Under the pieces are notes generated by a model that worked only from the letters and a program-made list of their open reading frames with translations, was not told where the DNA came from and did no database searches. Positions 35,490 through 45,308 of a stretch of 64,000 nucleotides of DNA are shown here, one piece after another. Each line of letters opens with the position of its first letter. The first letter of the stretch is position 1. The stretch is from Candidatus Azobacteroides sp. Its GTDB lineage: Bacteria; Bacteroidota; Bacteroidia; Bacteroidales; WRGA01. Location of the stretch: positions 6,863-70,862 of the forward strand of contig WRGA01000122.1 in the NCBI GenBank assembly GCA_009787405.1, written 5' to 3'. Made by a program: the position numbers and the translations under genes.

Positions 35490-37784
35490 TCATTTTATCC
35501 AAAGTTTTGTCACGTATGAATTTTTATTGCCGGTTATTTTTACGACATAGACTCCGGAAGGCAAATCTTGACGGACATTCATAACATATTCGGATACTTT
35601 TTCCCGACAATATAATTGTCCTTGAACATCGTAAACGGAAATGATCGAACCGAAATCGGCGTCGGTAAATGTACCGGCAACCAACATCCGCTGAGTGGAG
35701 TCGTAAAAAACATCCCACTGATTGTTAACCGGCGTTATTTCGGGTTCTTTTAATGACGACGGCTCATTCACAAACCACAATCTGAATCGGTCGTCGGCAT
35801 CCGTAGGTTCGGTGGTGGTTCTGTAATAAGATTCCGGCGTCATTAAAGTTTTTGTCTCGTATTTTTTATCTTCCAGCCATATTTCCCGGATATTCCGCAT
35901 GGTATTCAGCCGTAACCCGCGAATGTAAATGGTTTGAGGAATCCACGACGGAGTCATGTACAAATCCTCGTGCGAAACAGTGGTCGCCAATTGTTTTTCA
36001 TCGACGGCATTTCCGTTTTCGTTTTTCAAATACAACAGACTCATGGCCGATTGTTCGGGTAAACTGCCGGAGCTTAACCGCAACATTCCGTTTTCCACGA
36101 TTTGAACCGCTTCGCTTTTGAATGATAACCGATCTTCGCCGGAAGACCCGGAAGTCGATCTCAATTCTCCCGGCTCCCGCAATACGACGCAGACTCTGTC
36201 GGAAGTTTCGGAAACGGAATCCACGACTTCAAAAACAAAGTCGTCATACCGCTCATCTCCGCCGGAGCGCAAAAACATGTTGGAACCGTGAGTCACGTTA
36301 TCTCTGGGGATCGTTATTGGTCCGGCAGAATAAGCATATACTCTGAACAGCTGTAACGGCGGGATCAAGAACTCGTCTCCGTCGGAAATGTCGCTGCCCG
36401 TATATGTTCCTCCCGTCGGCTTGATGGTATAATAAGTATGGTAATAATTAATGAACGGACCGGCTTCGTATGCCCTCGTGTTCGGATTCGAAACCCACAC
36501 CCGGTTCATCACTTGTCGGTTAGTGACATCTTGATCTCCGGAACTGACATGCCATGTCGGCACATTGCCTGTTGCTTCCACTAAATCTTTGACAGACAAG
36601 GGAGCCAGAAACGAATTGCCCAGATAATTGTATCCGGTTTCCAAATTAACCGTTATGTCGCCGGTGACCGGTTTTTCTGCCTGATAAACCGGAATATTAT
36701 CTCCGTCGTAAGTCGGATAAATATTGTTGGAATTTCCCATGTATTTGAACCGGTTGAACGCATAACCGTCAATCGCCCGATCAGCAAACAAGATCTGACT
36801 ATATTTTTCGTCGATCAGATTGTCGTATTCATTTTCATCGGTACCGCGTAAATCGATGCCGACAAAAAACCCCCGCCCTGCATTTAACTGCACCTCCGGA
36901 GAACGTTCCGTTTGATTTTGGGTTCCTAAAAATCCGACAGGATCCGGCAGCGTCAAGGTATTGAACATGAAATAATCGGAACGAATAGATTCATACGGAG
37001 AGGCCATCCCGTACATTCTTTTGTAAGGAGATCCGAAGGACGACGTTAAATCGTCGCTGCCGTCAGCGGGATTTACGGACAGATTCACTTGAAAACGCCC
37101 TATTTCGTCGTAATCATTGATGGTTGCCGGCGGAGATTCGTAATACGGATATTTTACATTGCCGGTAATTTTTAAATGGGCAATCATTGTATTATATGGT
37201 GCGGACGGAAGGATGGGAATGGTGGAAGTCGGATAATCGCCGGCATCCGGAAACCGGGAATCCAATACAAAAACACCTTTCGTCATCACGATGTTCCTCA
37301 TTTCACCGGCCATACGGGGATCCATCACCACGGTATACTTATTGTTTATTTCGACGGAGTCGGGAAAATAAATGTAATCCGTACTTTTTAACGGACGATG
37401 GATAAACGGTACGGAGGATAAACGTACACTGTCGGAATAAATTTCCTGCTTTGTACCTCCTCTGAATTCCAATTTCCCGCCGGGTGTTGCCCTCGAAAAT
37501 GCTTGCGTATAACCGCTTCGGGAAGCGCTTGTATAAGCATTGTGGCGCAAATTGCCCGTCAGAACGATTTTTCCTTGCCCCATCATGATATTACAACCGG
37601 GTGTAGACGGTTGATTATCAGTGATTAAATCGCCTTCTATATACAGGGTGGCATTATTATCAATCCCTTTCACGCTCATATTCCCTGTATTATAAAGGGA
37701 GTATTTTAACGATTGTCCATAAACAAATGATGCTGCAAACAACGTGCAGACTGTTGCCAATAGTTCTTTTTTATATGTTCTCAT
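35490..37784 (-). CDS. large secreted protein with T9SS type-A C-terminal sorting domain
   Basis: 764 aa with signal LLATVCTLFAASFVYGQ. The last ~75 aa (ISVYDVQGQLYCREKV...LPSGVYVVKITGNKNSYVTKLWIK) fit the T9SS CTD pattern. The body is not recognisable. Confidence 0.8.
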   Translation of the reverse strand: MRTYKKELLATVCTLFAASFVYGQSLKYSLYNTGNMSVKGIDNNATLYIEGDLITDNQPSTPGCNIMMGQGKIVLTGNLRHNAYTSASRSGYTQAFSRATPGGKLEFRGGTKQEIYSDSVRLSSVPFIHRPLKSTDYIYFPDSVEINNKYTVVMDPRMAGEMRNIVMTKGVFVLDSRFPDAGDYPTSTIPILPSAPYNTMIAHLKITGNVKYPYYESPPATINDYDEIGRFQVNLSVNPADGSDDLTSSFGSPYKRMYGMASPYESIRSDYFMFNTLTLPDPVGFLGTQNQTERSPEVQLNAGRGFFVGIDLRGTDENEYDNLIDEKYSQILFADRAIDGYAFNRFKYMGNSNNIYPTYDGDNIPVYQAEKPVTGDITVNLETGYNYLGNSFLAPLSVKDLVEATGNVPTWHVSSGDQDVTNRQVMNRVWVSNPNTRAYEAGPFINYYHTYYTIKPTGGTYTGSDISDGDEFLIPPLQLFRVYAYSAGPITIPRDNVTHGSNMFLRSGGDERYDDFVFEVVDSVSETSDRVCVVLREPGELRSTSGSSGEDRLSFKSEAVQIVENGMLRLSSGSLPEQSAMSLLYLKNENGNAVDEKQLATTVSHEDLYMTPSWIPQTIYIRGLRLNTMRNIREIWLEDKKYETKTLMTPESYYRTTTEPTDADDRFRLWFVNEPSSLKEPEITPVNNQWDVFYDSTQRMLVAGTFTDADFGSIISVYDVQGQLYCREKVSEYVMNVRQDLPSGVYVVKITGNKNSYVTKLWIK

Positions 37785-38340
37785 TCTGCTTCAATTTAAA
37801 TTCGCCGGAACATGTATGTTTTCCGGTTTTCATTACATTTAAAATATTTTTATTTCTCTATGATCAAAATCCTTATTTTTTATTCTATTAAATTCTCACT
37901 TTCAAATATTCAAACATTCAAACATTTCGACTCGTGTCCTATTAATCAAAAAAATATAATTATCGATAATAATCTTACCGACAATATTCCGGAAGCAGGC
38001 AATATCATCGGTATAGACAGGAAAATCAAAGATCTCATTGTAGCTTTTAATATTGGAGTTGATAATCAATAAATAATGGTAATATTGATTATCGGTATGT
38101 TGTACTCCAAAATATGTAAAGCCTGTTTATCTATATGAAACGCAAAAAATTATTGCATAAATAATCAAAACGGGTATCTGATCATCAACACATATCCCTT
38201 GCAAATTGCCATTCGGGATATTATGTGTTGTTTGATACGTGCAAAGGTATGAATATGAGTAATTTAAATTCAAGATCATTTGTGAGGGAATCACTCAAAT
38301 AAGTGTCAATTATTGATATTAAACCTGTAAAATCGATTTT

Positions 38341-38499
38341 TATAGATATATTTGATTGGTTATTGTAAAAAATATCAAAAAATGCCACAGCCCTATTTTT
38401 TTATAGTAATTTTTCTATAGATATGTTTGATTATTTATTGTAAAAAAATATCGAAAAATGCTACAGTCTTATTTTTTTGTAGTAATTTTACCGCGAATG
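38341..38499. repeat. tandem direct repeat, 2 x ~75 bp, upstream of the HTH regulator gene
   Basis: tatagatatatttgattggttattgtaaaaaatatcaaaaaatgccacagccctatttttttatagtaatttt is repeated from 38416 with a few substitutions. Confidence 0.75.
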
Positions 38500-38549
38500 A
38501 ATTTCATTTTTAGCAGTAATTTTATTCCAAATTTGAATTTATAAAAGCA

Positions 38550-39509
38550 ATGAATGATTTTTGGTATGATTCTTTTATAGAATCGCTTTTCAGGAAATAT
38601 CCCAAAAAGGCGAAACTGGCAGAGGCATTGATGGATCTGCTGTCAATTGAAAGAGAATCCGCATACAGAAGGATTCGCAGGGATATTATTTTCCCGGCCC
38701 ATGAGCTTGTAAAAATTGCTTCGGCATGGGATATTTCTTTGGATGAGATTGTCGGGATCAATTCCAGACACGTCATTTTCAAAGTGCATTTATGGAATTA
38801 TCTCAAGCCTTCGGAAGATGAACTGAATGATATGCGGGCATTGGTGCGGGGATTCGAAACTATCGACAACCATTATCCCGATATGGAATATATGGAGATT
38901 TCCAATCGATTGCCCCGGATGTTGACTTCCGGTTTTCCGTATTTACACCGGTTCCATTTGTTAAAATGGATGTATCAATATATTAATGAAGATGTAATGC
39001 CGTTTTCCCGGATCTTTTATCCGGAACAAGTAAGCGAATTATCATCCGCCTATTATCTGGCCACAAAAAATGTGTCGACCACCAATTTTATTTGGAACCT
39101 GATGCTTTTTAATTACTTGGTGGATGACGTTCGTTATTTTCATTCCATCTTTTTGATCACCGATGAAGAAAAAGAGCTGATCAAGAAAGATCTGTACGCC
39201 TTATTGGATTATATGTTGGAGGTGGCGGTCAAAGGCTGCTGGCCGGAAACCGGCAAGAAAGTAAACCTGTATATATCTTATATCTATATTGATACAAATT
39301 ACGGCTATTATTATTCGGAAGGATTGAAGGTGTGCTTTGTCCATGCCTTCGGAAAGAATGAAATTATTACGAGTAATCTGATCATGGTGGAAAATTTCAA
39401 AAGCTGGATGCAATCCAAAAAAAGGGCATCTGTTCAGATTTCGGAAGCGGACGAAAAAAGCCGGATCGAGTTTTTTATGAAACAGCGCGGAGTGATCGAT
39501 ACGTTATAA
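38550..39509 (+). CDS. putative transcriptional regulator (N-terminal HTH-like segment)
   Basis: 319 aa. KLAEALMDLLSIERESAYRRIRRDIIFPAHELVKIA resembles the HTH start of a Bacteroidales regulator family recalled from memory. It is divergent from the secreted-protein cluster. Confidence 0.5.
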   Translation: MNDFWYDSFIESLFRKYPKKAKLAEALMDLLSIERESAYRRIRRDIIFPAHELVKIASAWDISLDEIVGINSRHVIFKVHLWNYLKPSEDELNDMRALVRGFETIDNHYPDMEYMEISNRLPRMLTSGFPYLHRFHLLKWMYQYINEDVMPFSRIFYPEQVSELSSAYYLATKNVSTTNFIWNLMLFNYLVDDVRYFHSIFLITDEEKELIKKDLYALLDYMLEVAVKGCWPETGKKVNLYISYIYIDTNYGYYYSEGLKVCFVHAFGKNEIITSNLIMVENFKSWMQSKKRASVQISEADEKSRIEFFMKQRGVIDTL

Positions 39510-39589
39510 AGAACTGTTCGATCATCTTTAAAGTCCCGATCAATGATAAATTTGTAAATCGTAAATGGTAGAATTGTAAATTAAAGGTG

Positions 39590-40342
39590 ATGTTAGCCAA
39601 AAGAATTATTCCTTGTTTAGATGTAAAAGACGGAAAAACCGTCAAAGGAGTCAATTTTGTCAACTTCAGAGATGCGGGGGATCCGGTGGAATTAGGCGCC
39701 GCGTATAGCGAGCAGGGCGCCGACGAATTGGTTTTTTTGGACATCACGGCTTCGCACGAGAATCGCAAAACGTTTGTCGAAATTGTAAAACGGGTGGCGG
39801 CAAATATCAACATTCCGTTTACCGTAGGCGGAGGCATCAACGAATTGGAAGATGTGGGCCGGTTGTTGAATGCCGGAGCCGATAAAGTATCCGTCAATTC
39901 GGCCGCGATCCGGAATCCGGATTTGATTTCGGAGATCGCCAAAAATTACGGAAGCCAAGTTTGTGTGGTAGCCATAGATGCTCAATATGAAAACGGCGAA
40001 TGGGTTTGTTACCTCAACGGAGGACGCATTCCGACCGATAAAAAGTTATTTTCGTGGGCAAAAGAGGCCGAAAACCTCGGAGCCGGCGAAATTTTGTTCA
40101 CCAGTATGTCTCACGACGGAGTAAAAACAGGCTATCCGAACGATGCGTTAAGGATCTTGTCGGACACATTATCCATCCCGGTCATTGCATCGGGCGGAGC
40201 CGGCAAAATGGAACATTTCAAAGATGCGTTCGTTTTGGGGAAAGCCGATGCCGCACTGGCCGCCGGGGTATTTCATTTCGGGGAAATCAAAATTCCCGAA
40301 CTGAAAGAATATCTTAGAAAAGAAGGCATTCCGGTAAGGTAG
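39590..40342 (+). CDS. hisF: imidazole glycerol phosphate synthase, cyclase subunit HisF
   Basis: [55 protein letters not shown] is the canonical HisF N-terminus. The length of ~250 aa also fits. Confidence 0.93.
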   Translation: MLAKRIIPCLDVKDGKTVKGVNFVNFRDAGDPVELGAAYSEQGADELVFLDITASHENRKTFVEIVKRVAANINIPFTVGGGINELEDVGRLLNAGADKVSVNSAAIRNPDLISEIAKNYGSQVCVVAIDAQYENGEWVCYLNGGRIPTDKKLFSWAKEAENLGAGEILFTSMSHDGVKTGYPNDALRILSDTLSIPVIASGGAGKMEHFKDAFVLGKADAALAAGVFHFGEIKIPELKEYLRKEGIPVR

Positions 40343-40401
40343 AAGGTACAATTTATTCGGTTTCCGATTTTTATCTCTTATCTTTTTCTTATTACTTTAA
40401 C

Positions 40402-40992
40402 ATGATGGATTTTAACAAATTGAACGGACTGATTCCTGCCGTTATACAGGATCATGATACTAATAAAGTGTTGATGCTGGGGTTTATGAATGAAGAAGCT
40501 TTGGCAAAAACCCGTGAAACCGGGAAAGTCACTTTTTTCAGCCGCACGAAAAACCGATTGTGGACAAAAGGGGAAGAGAGCGGCAATTTTTTGAACGTGG
40601 TTTCCATTGCCGAAGATTGCGACAACGATACGTTGTTGATTAAAGTGAATCCTGTCGGGCCTGTTTGCCATACCGGGAGCGATACTTGTTTCGGCGAAAA
40701 GAACGAAGAAAATATTTTGTTTTTGAAATATCTGCAAGACTTTATCGACCGTCGTTACCGGGAAATGCCCGAAGGGTCGTATACCACTTCCTTATTTAAA
40801 AAAGGGGTGAACAGAATGGCGCAAAAAGTGGGAGAAGAGGCTGTCGAAACGGTTATAGAGGCAACAAACGGCACCGGTGAAGGTTTTTTGTATGAAGCAT
40901 CGGATTTGATTTATCATTTGATCGTGTTGTTGACTTCGAAAGGATACCGTTTGGAAGATTTGGCCGGTGAATTGAAAAAACGGCATAAATAA
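40402..40992 (+). CDS. hisIE: bifunctional phosphoribosyl-AMP cyclohydrolase / phosphoribosyl-ATP pyrophosphatase HisIE
   Basis: The HisI block is LIPAVIQD...FFSRTKNRLWTKGEESGN...DCDNDTLLIKV.PVGPVCHTGSDTCF. It is followed by a HisE-like helical C-terminus. Confidence 0.9.
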   Translation: MMDFNKLNGLIPAVIQDHDTNKVLMLGFMNEEALAKTRETGKVTFFSRTKNRLWTKGEESGNFLNVVSIAEDCDNDTLLIKVNPVGPVCHTGSDTCFGEKNEENILFLKYLQDFIDRRYREMPEGSYTTSLFKKGVNRMAQKVGEEAVETVIEATNGTGEGFLYEASDLIYHLIVLLTSKGYRLEDLAGELKKRHK

Positions 40993-41046
40993 AATGCTTG
41001 ACATAGATAATCTTTGTAACTTTGCACCCTTCATTTATAATACAAT

Positions 41047-41739
41047 ATGAGCGACAGCCTGATCAAATATGAAAATGTGAGCATTCCTCAAAAAGATACG
41101 ATTGTTTTGAGGGAAGTAAATTTCGAACTGAAGGAAAAAGAATTTCTGTATGTCATAGGGAAAGTGGGATCGGGAAAATCGACTCTGCTTAAGAGTCTTT
41201 ATGCGGAAATTCCTGTTACGGAAGGTAAAGCCGTTATCTTGGGTTATAATCTCAAAAAAATAAGGCCGGATCAGATTCCGTTTTTGCGGCGGAATTTGGG
41301 AATTGTTTTTCAAGATTTTCAATTGTTGGGCGATCGCAATGTCAATGATAATCTTGAGTTTGTATTGCGTTCGACCGGCTGGATCAAAAGCGGAGATATT
41401 TTGAGCCGGATCGACGGGGTCCTGCATCAGGTGGGATTGCCCGGCAAAGGCGATAAAATGCCGCATCAACTGTCGGGAGGCGAACAACAGCGTATCGTGA
41501 TTGCCAGGGCATTGCTTAATTTTCCGAAAATTATTTTGGCCGATGAGCCGACGGGAAATTTAGATCCGGAAACCGCCGAACAAATCTTGTGCTTATTACA
41601 CGAAATCAGCAAAAACGGTACGGCAATCATCATGAATTCCCATAATTATCATTTGGTGAGAAAATATCCTTCGAGAATGTTGAGGTGCGAAGCCGGCACG
41701 CTTTCTCCTATTTCTATTGAAGAATTTTCTCTTTTATGA
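41047..41739 (+). CDS. ftsE: ABC-type ATP-binding protein, FtsE-like
   Basis: Walker A is GKVGSGKST, the signature is LSGGEQQR and Walker B is ILADEP. The 230-aa length and the absence of an adjacent permease are typical of Bacteroidota FtsE. Confidence 0.75.
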   Translation: MSDSLIKYENVSIPQKDTIVLREVNFELKEKEFLYVIGKVGSGKSTLLKSLYAEIPVTEGKAVILGYNLKKIRPDQIPFLRRNLGIVFQDFQLLGDRNVNDNLEFVLRSTGWIKSGDILSRIDGVLHQVGLPGKGDKMPHQLSGGEQQRIVIARALLNFPKIILADEPTGNLDPETAEQILCLLHEISKNGTAIIMNSHNYHLVRKYPSRMLRCEAGTLSPISIEEFSLL

Positions 41740-41884
41740 TTATATATTGCGTTAAATAAATTAAATTATGGGATATTTTCCCGGAAAGAAATTACTTTTG
41801 TACCGAAAATCGGATTCCGGTCAGGAAGATTGTAAAGGATCCGATTCCAAATAATCAAATGGTTTTACTAAATTTAAGAATAGA

Positions 41885-42619
41885 ATGAAACAGTTAAGTT
41901 TTTTATTGTTGACATTATTGATAGGCGGCGGCGCCTTTGCTCAAAAAGCAGCCATTAAATTTGATCAGGAGTCTCATAATTTCGGGACGGTTGCAGAAGA
42001 AGTCGGAAGTGTTTCTTGTGATTTTACGTTTACCAACACCGGTACAGCTCCTTTGGTAATCACCAATGTAAAGACTTCCTGCGGTTGTACGGCTTCCAGC
42101 TGGACGAAAGAGCCTGTTGCTCCGGGTGCCACGGGGGTGATTAAAGCGACATATTCCACGAACGGCCGTCCGGGCGCTTTTACCAAATCCATTACCGTGA
42201 CAAGTAATGCCGAATCGGGAGATAAAGTTTTGTATATCAGGGGTACGGTTACTCCCAAGGGACAAGCTCCGGATTTTGGTTATCCTGTCAAAATCGGAAG
42301 TTTAAGAATGACCACCGGCAATATCTTGTTCGGGCTTAAATTAGGAGAGAAAAAAAGTCAGATGATCGACATGATGAATAACGGTTCTTCTGAATTATCC
42401 GTTAAATTCGACAAATTACCCAAATATGTTTCCGTCACTCCGGCGGAAACTTCGTTGGCTCCCGGTGCAAAAACATCGATCATGGTGACGTATGATGCTT
42501 CGAAGTTGAAAAAAGACGGGAATTACAAGAACCAGTTTTTTGTAATTTTAAATGATAATGTAAACAATAAACCTGCCGTAGATAATAAGATTACGGTTTC
42601 AGGTACTGTTACAAAATAA
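41885..42619 (+). CDS. DUF1573 domain-containing secreted protein
   Basis: It has a signal peptide. HNFGTVAEEVGSVSCDFTFTNTGTAPLVITNVKTSCGCTASSWTKEPVAPGATGVI is the DUF1573 pattern. Confidence 0.8.
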   Translation: MKQLSFLLLTLLIGGGAFAQKAAIKFDQESHNFGTVAEEVGSVSCDFTFTNTGTAPLVITNVKTSCGCTASSWTKEPVAPGATGVIKATYSTNGRPGAFTKSITVTSNAESGDKVLYIRGTVTPKGQAPDFGYPVKIGSLRMTTGNILFGLKLGEKKSQMIDMMNNGSSELSVKFDKLPKYVSVTPAETSLAPGAKTSIMVTYDASKLKKDGNYKNQFFVILNDNVNNKPAVDNKITVSGTVTK

Positions 42620-42783
42620 TTTTGTGAAATATTCTCTATGTATTTGACGCAAGGATTTAAGTCTTTGCGTTTGCTGTTTTTAGGGTTCGGTCATTCCCGG
42701 TTTTTATCGGTCTCGAATGTATGAATGATAAAAACAGGGGATTAATTTTTTTTAATACTGCTCTCCGCATAATCTTATTAGGC

Positions 42784-43872
42784 ATGCTTCATCCCGAAAA
42801 TGACCCTGAATACAAAGGCCTGAACGTGAATAAAGGAATCTCCCGGCCGCCTTCGGTAAATCCGTATCTCAAAATAAAAAGCAAAAAATCATACACTGTA
42901 TCCGAATATTTAGAAGGAATTTTGAAGGGAAACAGCACGGTTTTGAGCCGGGCGGTGACGCTGGTCGAAAGTTCCAACCCGATTCACCGGCAAACCGCGC
43001 GGGAATTGATCGAAAAATGTGTTTCCTATTCGGGAAAATCGGTTCGTGTAGGCATAACGGGAGTGCCGGGCGCCGGCAAAAGTACGTCCATCGATACATT
43101 GGGCATGTATATTGTAGGAAAAAATCACCGGTTGGCCGTATTGGCCATCGACCCCAGCAGTGAACGAAGCAAAGGCAGTATTTTGGGCGATAAAACACGC
43201 ATGGAATCGTTGTCGGTGCATCCGCATGTTTTTATCCGTCCTTCCCCTTCGGCCGGTTCATTGGGTGGAGTTGCCCGTAAAACAAGGGAAATCATTATTT
43301 TGTGCGAAGCCGCGGGCTTTGATACCGTTTTTGTCGAGACGGTGGGCGTCGGACAATCTGAAACGGCGGTTCATTCCATGGTCGATTTTTTCCTGTTGAT
43401 TCAACTTGCCGGCGCAGGCGATGAATTGCAAGGCATCAAGAGGGGAATTATGGAAATGGCCGACGGCATCGTCATCAATAAAGCCGACGGAAACAATATC
43501 GAAAGGGTAAAATTGGCTCAACAACAATTTAAAAATGCATTGCATTTGTTCCCGCCTGCCGAGTCGGGATGGAAACCGGATGTCCTTACATATTCGGGAT
43601 ATTATAATATCGGTATTCCGGAAATCTGGGACATGATCGAGCGATATGTCGCTTTTACCAAAAAGAACGGCTTTTTCGATTACAAACGTGCCGAACAAGC
43701 TAAATATTGGATGTATGAAACGATTAATGAACAATTGAAGCTGCGGTTTTATTCGGATCCGAAAGTAGCGTCGGAATTGGCGATTAAAGAAAAACAGGTT
43801 GTTAATTCAGAAATCACATCATTTGCGGCGGCTAAAGATATATTGAAAATATATTACACGGGGATAAAATAA
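42784..43872 (+). CDS. meaB: methylmalonyl-CoA mutase-associated GTPase MeaB/ArgK
   Basis: The P-loop is GVPGAGKST. Other blocks are DPSS..SKGSILGDKTRM, ETVGVGQSE and INKADG. The ORF track starts at 42721, and the ATG at 42784 (MLHPENDPEYKG) seems the more likely start. Confidence 0.88.
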   Translation: MLHPENDPEYKGLNVNKGISRPPSVNPYLKIKSKKSYTVSEYLEGILKGNSTVLSRAVTLVESSNPIHRQTARELIEKCVSYSGKSVRVGITGVPGAGKSTSIDTLGMYIVGKNHRLAVLAIDPSSERSKGSILGDKTRMESLSVHPHVFIRPSPSAGSLGGVARKTREIIILCEAAGFDTVFVETVGVGQSETAVHSMVDFFLLIQLAGAGDELQGIKRGIMEMADGIVINKADGNNIERVKLAQQQFKNALHLFPPAESGWKPDVLTYSGYYNIGIPEIWDMIERYVAFTKKNGFFDYKRAEQAKYWMYETINEQLKLRFYSDPKVASELAIKEKQVVNSEITSFAAAKDILKIYYTGIK

Positions 43873-44024
43873 TTGAATCGTTACGGCCTACCTGACAATG
43901 ATAACGCAAAATAAAATACTTGTCAGTAATCGTTATTTTATTAATAATTTCTAATTTTGTACTATTTAATCGATTTTGTAAGGACTCCCGGTTACAGCAA
44001 AATGTAATAATTTGGGTATTGCTC

Positions 44025-44732
44025 ATGAAAATGAACCTTGATTTACCAACATATGACGAAATGTCGGAATACCTTTCCGGGATTTGGGAACTCTTGACCG
44101 ACGAAGAAAAAGTGGTGGTGAGAAAAAACGGAAGGTTGTATTATTTCAAAAAAAACGAGAAAATTTATTCTATCGGAGAAACTCCCGCTTATTTGATGTG
44201 CCTGATCAAGGGAAAAGTTAAAATCATCAAGGAAGGAGTGGGAGGAAAATCCCAGATCATCAGAATGATGGGGCCTTATGAATATTTCGGCTACAGGGCG
44301 TATTTTGCGGAAGAAACCTATCAAACAGGCTCCACAGCTTTCGAATCTTCGATGGTTTACTTTCTGCCGATGTCCATTATCCGGAGTTTGATTATCCTGA
44401 ACAGTAAATTAGCCATGTATTTTATCAAGGCGCTTTCGGTCGATTTGGGAAATTCCGAATCCCGCACCGTCAATCTGACGCAAAAACATATTCGCGGACG
44501 TCTGGCCGAATCCCTTATTTTTCTTCAAAATTCGTATGGTTTTGAAGAAGATAATATGACGCTCAATATTTACCTTTCCCGCGAAGATTTGGCAAGCCTG
44601 TCCAACATGAACGCCTCCAACGCCATTCGAACGCTGTCTCATTTTGTTGCCGAGCATATTATCATTATGGACGGCCGCCGCATTAAAATCATAGATGAAG
44701 AAAGGCTTCGTAAAATAAGCCAGATCGGATGA
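44025..44732 (+). CDS. Crp/Fnr-family transcriptional regulator (cNMP-binding plus HTH)
   Basis: It has a cNMP-binding beta-roll (IYSIGETPAYLMCLIKGKVKIIKEG..GKSQIIRMMGPYEYFGY). The C-terminal HTH is REDLASLSNMNASNAIRTLSHF. The start is taken at ATG 44025 within the listed 43920 ORF. Confidence 0.8.
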   Translation: MKMNLDLPTYDEMSEYLSGIWELLTDEEKVVVRKNGRLYYFKKNEKIYSIGETPAYLMCLIKGKVKIIKEGVGGKSQIIRMMGPYEYFGYRAYFAEETYQTGSTAFESSMVYFLPMSIIRSLIILNSKLAMYFIKALSVDLGNSESRTVNLTQKHIRGRLAESLIFLQNSYGFEEDNMTLNIYLSREDLASLSNMNASNAIRTLSHFVAEHIIIMDGRRIKIIDEERLRKISQIG

Positions 44733-44763
44733 CATTAAATGTTTTGTCGGTTAATCATCAATC

Positions 44764-45258
44764 ATGGGAGCTTTAAACAAAGAAACAGAACGGAAATTTT
44801 TGGTGAACAGTTTTGTTTTTCGAAATCTCGGCAATGCCGTGTATTATTGCCAGGGATATTTAAATGATGACCCCGGAAGGGTGGTTCGTGTCAGAATTGC
44901 CGGTGAAAAGGCTTTCCTGACCATTAAAGGAAAAAATGAAGGCATTACCCGACCCGAATATGAATACGATATTCCGGTCGAAGATGCCGGGTTCATGTTG
45001 AAGTCATTGTGTTTGCAACCGGTTATCGAAAAATATCGTTACAAAATTCCTTGGGGGGATTTGTTTTGGGAAGTGGATGAATTTTCGGGAGAAAACGAAG
45101 GGCTTGTCATCGCGGAGATTGAACTCCCGGATGAAAATCATCCGTTTGATATTCCCGAATGGATCGGGGAAGAAGTTACTTCGGACGAAAAATATTATAA
45201 TGTGAATTTGAGAAAAAATCCATATAAAAATTGGCGTGAAGTAAAAGGTAAAAAGTAA
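44764..45258 (+). CDS. CYTH-domain protein (CyaB/ThTPase-type)
   Basis: 164 aa. It has the ETERKFLV start (ExExK motif), then RVRIAGEKAFLTIKG and WEVDEFSGENEGLVIAEIEL. Confidence 0.8.
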   Translation: MGALNKETERKFLVNSFVFRNLGNAVYYCQGYLNDDPGRVVRVRIAGEKAFLTIKGKNEGITRPEYEYDIPVEDAGFMLKSLCLQPVIEKYRYKIPWGDLFWEVDEFSGENEGLVIAEIELPDENHPFDIPEWIGEEVTSDEKYYNVNLRKNPYKNWREVKGKK

Positions 45259-45308
45259 ATCGCAAACTTCTATTTCAGGTCTTACGGCTGACGGGTTCAG
45301 AGATTACT

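Noticed and set aside
38056-38108. Short hairpin gataatcaat...attgattatcggtatgttgtactcc resembling MITE termini
   Set aside because: Only ~25 bp resemble a MITE end and no interior is present. It could be a degenerate solo terminus or chance similarity in AT-rich DNA, which is too weak to annotate.
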